NCBI GenBank assembly: GCA_001695645.1
Contig: LVZN01000056.1
Span: forward strand, 1 to 32,000
DNA: 32,000 nucleotides
Direction of reading: 5' to 3'
From: Erysipelotrichaceae bacterium MTC7
Lineage (GTDB): Bacteria; Bacillota_I; Bacilli_A; Erysipelotrichales; Erysipelotrichaceae
Part shown: piece after piece, positions 26,389-32,000 of the stretch
Numbering within the stretch: position 1 is the first letter of the stretch
Layout: each line of letters opens with the position of its first letter
Translations under genes and position numbers: made by a program
Notes under the pieces: model-generated
Databases searched by the model: none
Seen by the model: the letters and a program-made list of their open reading frames with translations, nothing else
Told to the model about the DNA's origin: nothing

Positions 26389-26830
26389 CAATCAATTCTA
26401 CATTAGGAATGGGTGGAATGTCAAACCCATCTATCGTTTCTGATAGAATTTGCAACTGTTCGTTAAGATTAATCTTAATTTCATGTGCCTCAATTCCTAA
26501 TTTCGAAATATTTAATAATATCGTTTTGGCATTTTGCAACGCTTCTTTGACAATCATGTCCGCATTGCGATTGGCAGTATTTAAAATGCCATTTGCCTCT
26601 TCTAAAGCATTTCTTGTCATTTCACGCATCGCGCGTTCTTTGATATCTAAATCTTGTAGAAGTTTTGTATACTTTCTTCCAATTTCTTCAATCTTACGAT
26701 CGTTTTCTTCATTTTGTTTTTTATATGCAAGCAGTTTCCGTTGTAGATCATCAATTTCTTGATTTTTAGCAGCTAACTCACTATCGACTTGATATCGATT
26801 ATATCCATTTTTTACACGATCAAATTCCAT
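26369..26830 (-). CDS. divIVA: DivIVA-domain cell division/polarity protein
   Basis: MEFDRVKNGYNRYQVDSELA... followed by coiled coil. Its position between ylmH and ileS matches B. subtilis. Start set at ATG 26830 (GGAGAGGGG SD). Confidence 0.88.
   Translation of the reverse strand: MEFDRVKNGYNRYQVDSELAAKNQEIDDLQRKLLAYKKQNEENDRKIEEIGRKYTKLLQDLDIKERAMREMTRNALEEANGILNTANRNADMIVKEALQNAKTILLNISKLGIEAHEIKINLNEQLQILSETIDGFDIPPIPNVELIEKKYKD
26395..26424 (-). promoter_or_regulatory. Promoter of the ileS T-box leader, embedded in the 3' end of divIVA
   Basis: Minus-strand TTGACA (26419..26424), an 18-nt spacer, then TAGAAT (26395..26400). This predicts a leader of roughly 250 nt, typical for T-boxes. 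Confidence 0.55.
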
Positions 26831-26850
26831 AGCGATTTTCCCCTCTCCAA

Positions 26851-27606
26851 TCATTCATACTTGCCTACTTCTAACACAAAGCGATTACTTTTTGTTTTTC
26901 GTCCAGTATCGTTAACCACAAATCGACCATACCCACGAATTGAAATAAGTATGGATTTATTATCACATATGTAAGCCAAATCTTCAACTACTAGATGATT
27001 GACTTTCACACGCCCATCACGAACCAAGCTTTGCGCTTTTTGTCTAGCTAGATGAGTTAGACTTGCCACGAGTGCATCAAGTCGTAAAGAAGAAACCATA
27101 TGCGTTTGATATTGTAATTGCAGTTCTTTTTTCTGTGGTGCTTGTCCCACTTCAAATTGCACGGGGCAACGACCAATCTTTACAAGTTCTCTTTGTACGT
27201 ACTTTACAATTTCTTTGCTAACAAAGATGTAGACATCACCATGTTCAACAATGATGTCGCCAAAGGTTTGTCGCTCTATTCCCATATGCATCATTGCACC
27301 AAGTGCATCACGATGACTTAAGTTATAGTATTTCGTATCGTATGTTGCATGCAAACAAACAATTGGAATTGGGATGTGAAGTTGTTCATAACTAAGTAAA
27401 CATCGTTGGTATTCTGCTTCTGGATATCCACCATCAAAATGCGTTTCAATCTTTTTACCAACGTAGCGTTTGAGGATCTCTTGTTGCGTAGGGCTTAAAA
27501 AAGGAGTGAAAACTTTTTGGTAGATTGATAGTTGATCCATATAATCTTCTATCCTAGCCAGAAAATCCTCATTCCCTTTGAAATGTATTTGTATTTGCTT
27601 ATTCAC
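26851..27606 (-). CDS. ylmH: YlmH-like S4-domain RNA-binding protein
   Basis: The C-terminal S4 motif (LRLDALVASLTHLARQKAQSLVRDGRVKVN) and N-terminal region align with B. subtilis YlmH from about IHFKGNEDF. The track start at 27753 overlaps sepF by 155 nt in another frame. The proposed start is GTG 27606, overlapping the sepF stop (GTGAATAA). The start is uncertain. Confidence 0.72.
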   Translation of the reverse strand: MNKQIQIHFKGNEDFLARIEDYMDQLSIYQKVFTPFLSPTQQEILKRYVGKKIETHFDGGYPEAEYQRCLLSYEQLHIPIPIVCLHATYDTKYYNLSHRDALGAMMHMGIERQTFGDIIVEHGDVYIFVSKEIVKYVQRELVKIGRCPVQFEVGQAPQKKELQLQYQTHMVSSLRLDALVASLTHLARQKAQSLVRDGRVKVNHLVVEDLAYICDNKSILISIRGYGRFVVNDTGRKTKSNRFVLEVGKYE

Positions 27607-28006
27607 TAACTTCTGAAGCGTTCTCAGGAGAAATTTTCCCGTGAACTCCCATTGTTCTTGGCGTACAAAGGATAACATTTGTTCCGATTTTTTCAATGGT
27701 TCCATCAAGTGCATAAATAACACCAGATAAGAAGTCAATCGTACGTTGTGCATATTCTCTTGTTAATTTGTGTAAGTTAACAACAACCGCACGGTTTTCT
27801 TTTAAACGTTTTGCAACTTCGTGAACCTCATCGTAAGCTCTTGGTTCAAATAACACCATTTTTGTGTCATTACTTAACTTTGAAACAGCTTTTGATTTTG
27901 GTGATTCATATTCTGAAATTGATTCGACTTCGTTTTCTTCGTATTCAATTACTTCCTCTTCATCCATCGGTGAAATGAATTCCTTTATTTTTTTACCAAT
28001 ACCCAT
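27599..28006 (-). CDS. sepF: Cell division protein SepF
   Basis: 135 aa with an N-terminal amphipathic MGIGKKIKEFI and a conserved core VLFEPRAYDEVHEVAKRLKENRAVVVNL...RTIDFLSGVIYALDG. SD GGAGG. Confidence 0.9.
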   Translation of the reverse strand: MGIGKKIKEFISPMDEEEVIEYEENEVESISEYESPKSKAVSKLSNDTKMVLFEPRAYDEVHEVAKRLKENRAVVVNLHKLTREYAQRTIDFLSGVIYALDGTIEKIGTNVILCTPRTMGVHGKISPENASEVSE

Positions 28007-28033
28007 AGAAAGATACCTCCATTACTTAATATT

Positions 28034-28062
28034 AGTATATCACAACCAATATATTCAAACAA
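28034..28062 (-). promoter_or_regulatory. Candidate sepF promoter
   Basis: Minus-strand TTGTTT (28057..28062), a 17-nt spacer ending in TGa, then TATACT (28034..28039). Confidence 0.4.
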
Positions 28063-28140
28063 TTAGAATAATTGGTTGAATATATGCATTTTGTATAGGT
28101 TCACTCATAATCTATATATGGGATTAAAAAAGGCTTTCGA

Positions 28141-28581
28141 CTATTCGATTGATAACAATCGAACTTTGGAAAGACCTTTAATATCTTGTAGGCGATTAAT
28201 CAGTTCTTGAATATCCCCTTTCATATCTTTTACATCAATACTTGTGACAACATTTGCACGTCTAGCAATCGGAATGTTTTGGTTAATTGTTAGAATGTTA
28301 CAACCAAACGCAGAGAACGTTAATAACGCTTCTGATAGAATGCCTTTTTCATCACTGAGCGTAAAAGCAATCAATGCTTTTCGTTCTAAGATATTGGTAT
28401 TGTTTGGTTCAAAGACATGATCTTTGTATTTGTAAAAAGCACTACGTGAAATGCCAACTTCACGTGTGACATCACTTACTTGTGCATCTTCTTTTGCTTC
28501 CATGATTTTCTTTACCTCAATCACCTTTAAAATGACTTCAGGTAAAACTTCTTTTGAAACAATTAAATAAGAATCTAACAT
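28141..28581 (-). CDS. ACT-domain protein of the UPF0735 (PheB-like) type with an HTH-like N-terminal segment
   Basis: 146 aa. The N-terminal VSDVTREVGISRSAFYKYK resembles a helix-turn-helix. The C-terminal ~75 aa (ALIAFTLSDEKGILSEALLTFSAFGCNILTINQNIP...) has an ACT fold pattern. SD AAGGAG. It overlaps the thrB stop by 7 nt. Confidence 0.78.
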   Translation of the reverse strand: MLDSYLIVSKEVLPEVILKVIEVKKIMEAKEDAQVSDVTREVGISRSAFYKYKDHVFEPNNTNILERKALIAFTLSDEKGILSEALLTFSAFGCNILTINQNIPIARRANVVTSIDVKDMKGDIQELINRLQDIKGLSKVRLLSIE

Positions 28582-29450
28582 AGTTGAACTCCTTGCGTAT
28601 CCACTGCAAGTGGTATCGCTGTCCAGTGATTTGGCAATGCAGTAAGTTGTTGTTGAATTGTTGCAACTTTACTAGCATCACGCATGATATTCATTAACGT
28701 AGATCCACTTCCCGAAATGTAGAAACATACACTTTCAACCCCTAAGCAAATTGCTTTTACATCCTCATATCCATGGATAAGCTTTTTGCGGTATGGTTCA
28801 TGAATTTCATCTTTTAAGGCAACCGTCAATAATTGACTATCGAACATTTCAAATCCCTTTAACACAAGACTTAACTTTGAAGCGTTGCTAACGGCTGTAT
28901 GAAAAGAAACTTCTTCCGGTAGTACTTTTCGTGCATCACTGGTTTTTGTTTCAAAATCAGGGATACATGCTAGAAAAGTAAACCGTGGATCTACAGGATA
29001 TGACACATGGTAAACATCGTTTGTTTCATCCACATAACTTGCGACCAAGCCACCGAAAATCGCTGGTGCCACATTGTCTGGATGATGCTCAATGTCTGTG
29101 CATAATCTGAGAACTGCCTCTTTATCAATGGGTGTGTTTGTTAGTGCATAGGCCCCCACCACGCCACCAACAACACAAGTTGCACTGCTTCCCAAACCTC
29201 GAGAAACAGGTACATGACTATCAATATGGATATGCACACACATCGGTTCTTTGCCTAATGCTGCAAGTGCTTTTTGAAATGAGGTATGAACTAAGTTATC
29301 CTCACTGGCAAAGCGTGGTTCACATCCACTGATTTGAAAACGGTCACTAGGTTCGAAAGTAAAGTACGTATATAAGTTGAGTGCGACCCCTAGGCAATCA
29401 AAGCCAACCCCGACATTTGCACTAGTCGCCGGTACTTTAACTTTGACCAT
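28575..29450 (-). CDS. thrB: Homoserine kinase
   Basis: 291 aa with GHMP kinase motifs: VKVPATSANVGVGFDCLG and PVSRGLGSSATC. Confidence 0.93.
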   Translation of the reverse strand: MVKVKVPATSANVGVGFDCLGVALNLYTYFTFEPSDRFQISGCEPRFASEDNLVHTSFQKALAALGKEPMCVHIHIDSHVPVSRGLGSSATCVVGGVVGAYALTNTPIDKEAVLRLCTDIEHHPDNVAPAIFGGLVASYVDETNDVYHVSYPVDPRFTFLACIPDFETKTSDARKVLPEEVSFHTAVSNASKLSLVLKGFEMFDSQLLTVALKDEIHEPYRKKLIHGYEDVKAICLGVESVCFYISGSGSTLMNIMRDASKVATIQQQLTALPNHWTAIPLAVDTQGVQLC

Positions 29451-29452
29451 GA

Positions 29453-30934
29453 TTAGATACTTCCTACCTTATCAAGCACGTAAGATTCCATCGCATCTTT
29501 TTCAATCACATCGTTATGTAACACAGGTTTTTTATCCAAATCAACTAAATTCGCTGGAATTGGTACTTGTGTTTCTTCGTGAAGTTTATTCATCAAGATA
29601 AATTCATCATCTGTTGTTTCTCCATGAAGTGCTTCGTACACAGAGTTTGTAAATTTATATGGACTTGCCGTAGATAAGACCACATTTTTATGTGCAGTGT
29701 CTACATCATCAAGCAATACTTTGTAAGCAACTGCAGTATGTGGATCTAGTAAATAGTTATCGTTTTTATACACATCACGAATTGTTTCTTGTGTTTGTTG
29801 GTTGGTTGCATATCCAGCTTTAAAGTCTTTTTGAATATTTGCCAACACATCTTCTTTTACTTGATAGCTTCCTTCTTTAGCAAGATCATCCATCAATTCT
29901 TTAATGTATGCATTGTCGCATCCACTTGCAAAGAATAACAGACGTTCTAAGTTAGAAGAAATAAGAATATCCATCGAAGGTGAAATTGTCTTCAAGAAAT
30001 CACGTTTACGATCGTAACGTCCTGTTTGTATAAAGTCATATAGTACATTGTTGTCATTTGATGCACAAACCAATTTATGCACTGGCAATCCGACTTGTTT
30101 AGCATAATAACCAGCTAGGATATTTCCAAAGTTTCCTGTTGGCACAACAAAGTTAATTTCATCACCAAGTGTGATCTCACCTTGTTCAACCAAACTTGCA
30201 TATGCATAGAAGTAGTACACCATCTGTGGTAGTAAACGCCCAATGTTGATGGAATTGGCACTACTTAACTTGATGTTTTCTTTTGCTAGTTCCGCTTTAA
30301 AGTTATCATCAACAAATAGTTTTTTAATTCCACTTTGTGCATCATCAAAGTTCCCTTCGATAGCACATACTTTAACGTTGTTTCCCGTTTGTGTTTTCAT
30401 TTGCATTTCTTGTACTTTACTTACACCATCATTTGGATAGAACACCATGATTTTGACATGGTCCACATCTTTGAATCCTTCAAGTGCAGCTTTTCCTGTA
30501 TCCCCAGATGTTGCCGTCAGAATTAAGACCTCGTAATCTGCATTGGTTTTCTTAAGTGCAGTTTTTGTTAGTTGTGGTAACATTTGTAACCCAACATCTT
30601 TAAATGCACTGGTTGGTCCATTAAATAACTCTAAAACAAATCCATCCTTAAGTTTTACCAACGGTGTGACTTCTTCATTTGAAAACTTCCCGCGATATGC
30701 TGCTTCCACACATGCTTGGATTTCCTCTTTTGTAAAATCAGGAAGGAATAAAGCAAATACTTCCTCTGCTATTTCATAATAGTTTTTTCCTACGATACGT
30801 TTCATATCGATTTGGCGATCCTTTAAATCGCTTACCACAAATAAACCACCATCGTTACTTAACCCTTGTAAGATAGCTTTTGCAGGGCTTAAAGTGATAC
30901 TTGCATCCCTAGTGCTTTCGTAATATTGATTCAT
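29453..30934 (-). CDS. thrC: Threonine synthase (long form)
   Basis: 493 aa with the PLP lysine motif GPTSAFKDVGLQ and TATSGDTGKAA. SD AAGGAGAG. Confidence 0.95.
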   Translation of the reverse strand: MNQYYESTRDASITLSPAKAILQGLSNDGGLFVVSDLKDRQIDMKRIVGKNYYEIAEEVFALFLPDFTKEEIQACVEAAYRGKFSNEEVTPLVKLKDGFVLELFNGPTSAFKDVGLQMLPQLTKTALKKTNADYEVLILTATSGDTGKAALEGFKDVDHVKIMVFYPNDGVSKVQEMQMKTQTGNNVKVCAIEGNFDDAQSGIKKLFVDDNFKAELAKENIKLSSANSINIGRLLPQMVYYFYAYASLVEQGEITLGDEINFVVPTGNFGNILAGYYAKQVGLPVHKLVCASNDNNVLYDFIQTGRYDRKRDFLKTISPSMDILISSNLERLLFFASGCDNAYIKELMDDLAKEGSYQVKEDVLANIQKDFKAGYATNQQTQETIRDVYKNDNYLLDPHTAVAYKVLLDDVDTAHKNVVLSTASPYKFTNSVYEALHGETTDDEFILMNKLHEETQVPIPANLVDLDKKPVLHNDVIEKDAMESYVLDKVGSI

Positions 30935-30946
30935 ACAATTCTCTCC

Positions 30947-30975
30947 TTGATTTCTTTATTTTCCTATGATACAAT
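30947..30975 (+). promoter_or_regulatory. Candidate hom promoter
   Basis: TTGATT (30947..30952), a 17-nt spacer ending in TGa, then TACAAT (30970..30975). Confidence 0.5.
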
Positions 30976-30994
30976 GTTTCTCAATTAAATACAA
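30966..30994 (-). promoter_or_regulatory. Candidate thrC promoter, overlapping the hom -10 on the opposite strand
   Basis: Minus-strand TTGTAT (30989..30994), a 17-nt spacer, then TATCAT (30966..30971). Confidence 0.4.
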
Positions 30995-31027
30995 GTGTTT
31001 TTTGTACAAAGACACAGAGGGGGACAT

Positions 31028-32000
31028 ATGAAAATTGCAATCTTAGGATTTGGAACCATAGGGAGCGGTGTTCACGAGATCATCAGCACTTACAAAGCAA
31101 AAAGTTTAGCAGATGTTGAAGTTGTTAAAATCTTAGATTTACCACAAAACAAAGGCAAACTTGATCTGATTACAGACAACTTTGATGACATCTTACATGA
31201 TGCATCAATCGATTGTGTTGTAGAAACAATGGGTGGTTTACACCCTGCTTATGAATTCATCACTGCAGCAATGAAAGCAAAGAAGCATGTCGTTACGGCT
31301 AACAAAGCAGTCGTTGCTAAATATATGGAAGAATTCATTGCCCTTGCCTTAGAACATAAAGTACGTTTTCTGTTCGAAGCAAGTACAGGTGGTGGAATTC
31401 CTTGGATTGCTTCCTTAGAAAAAGCAAAACGCGTTGATGAACTTAGCGAGTTATACGGAATCTTTAATGGAACAAGTAATTACATTTTAGATGCGATGAC
31501 TAACCAAGGAAAAGATTTTGCAGAAGTCTTAAAGAAAGCACAAGAGCTTGGGTATGCAGAAGCTGACCCAAGTGCTGACATTGATGGATATGATGTACAA
31601 AATAAAGTTGTTATTTCCAGTGCTGTTGCTTACAACACGAAAATTGATATGCAGGATTTTCCTTGTTACAGCTTACGTACCATTAATAAGGTAGATATCG
31701 ATTACTTTAAAACGTTGAACAAAACCGTGAAATACATCGGTGAAGCAATGGTAAACGATGCAGGTTATGAAGCGTTCGTCATGCCAAATGCACTGACAAA
31801 TGATACAGTAGAAGCAAACGTAAACAGCAATTTCAACATTGCGACATTATATGGAGAAAGCATTGGACCATTAAAGTTCTACGGTCAAGGAGCCGGTAAA
31901 CTTCCAACAGCCAATGCTATTGTGCAAGACATTCTTGATATCAATTCTCCGATTGGTTGTTTAATTGATTTTAGTAACAAGTTAGCATATCAACCAAAAC
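31028..32000 (+). CDS. hom: Homoserine dehydrogenase (N-terminal 324 codons; continues past the window end)
   Basis: Absent from the ORF track because it is open at the window edge. Manual translation from ATG 31028 (SD AGAGGGGGA) gives MKIAILGFGTIGSGVHEII...VVTANKAVVA...FEASTGGGIPWI...GIFNGTSNYILD...GYAEADPSADIDGYD... No stop before position 32000. Confidence 0.93.
   Translation, partial: MKIAILGFGTIGSGVHEIISTYKAKSLADVEVVKILDLPQNKGKLDLITDNFDDILHDASIDCVVETMGGLHPAYEFITAAMKAKKHVVTANKAVVAKYMEEFIALALEHKVRFLFEASTGGGIPWIASLEKAKRVDELSELYGIFNGTSNYILDAMTNQGKDFAEVLKKAQELGYAEADPSADIDGYDVQNKVVISSAVAYNTKIDMQDFPCYSLRTINKVDIDYFKTLNKTVKYIGEAMVNDAGYEAFVMPNALTNDTVEANVNSNFNIATLYGESIGPLKFYGQGAGKLPTANAIVQDILDINSPIGCLIDFSNKLAYQPK

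Noticed and set aside
28121-28145. Terminator after the ACT-domain gene (aaaaaaggctttcga)
   Set aside because: Only a 4-bp TCGA/TCGA pairing precedes the T-run on the minus strand, which is too weak to call. The thrCB-ACT transcript end is therefore left unassigned.
1-32000. CRISPR arrays, tandem repeats, tRNA/rRNA genes and DnaA-box clusters
   Set aside because: Intergenic regions are short and each was read. No spaced direct repeats or tRNA-like cloverleaf sequences were seen. Only isolated single-mismatch DnaA-box-like 9-mers occur, inside coding sequence (for example near 10311 and 11745).

Overview
AT-rich, almost fully coding chromosomal core region of a low-GC Bacillota-type genome; 25 of 28 genes lie on the minus strand. 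The gene order closely follows two conserved Bacillus subtilis neighbourhoods. The first is priA-rsmB-rlmN-prpC-prkC-rsgA-rpe-thiN, convergent with rpmB. The second is sepF-ylmH-divIVA followed by a T-box leader and ileS. Also present are ftsA-ftsZ, a uracil permease, an nfeD-SPFH pair, gltB-gltD, a GNAT acetyltransferase, an orphan small membrane protein, and thrC-thrB-ACT divergent from hom. The only accessory DNA is a partial IS200/IS605-family element at the left edge: tnpB runs off the window and tnpA carries one in-frame TGA. I found no rRNA, tRNA, CRISPR array, prophage or defence island. My judgement is that this is an ordinary housekeeping window with no convincing novel multi-gene system. 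The leads worth a second look are modest. They are the decaying IS with an apparently open tnpB, a strong intrinsic terminator between a consensus promoter and the gltB ribosome-binding site, and two SD-less genes (priA, rlmN) with extended -10 motifs 6-7 nt upstream of their ATGs. Further leads are an FtsA with degenerate nucleotide-binding motifs, an HTH-like/ACT protein translationally coupled to thrCB, and back-to-back overlapping hom/thrC promoters. Most hand-called promoters here carry a TGn extended -10; the ileS and thrC calls have TG directly abutting the hexamer. All promoter, terminator and function calls come from reading the sequence and from family knowledge; no searches were run.
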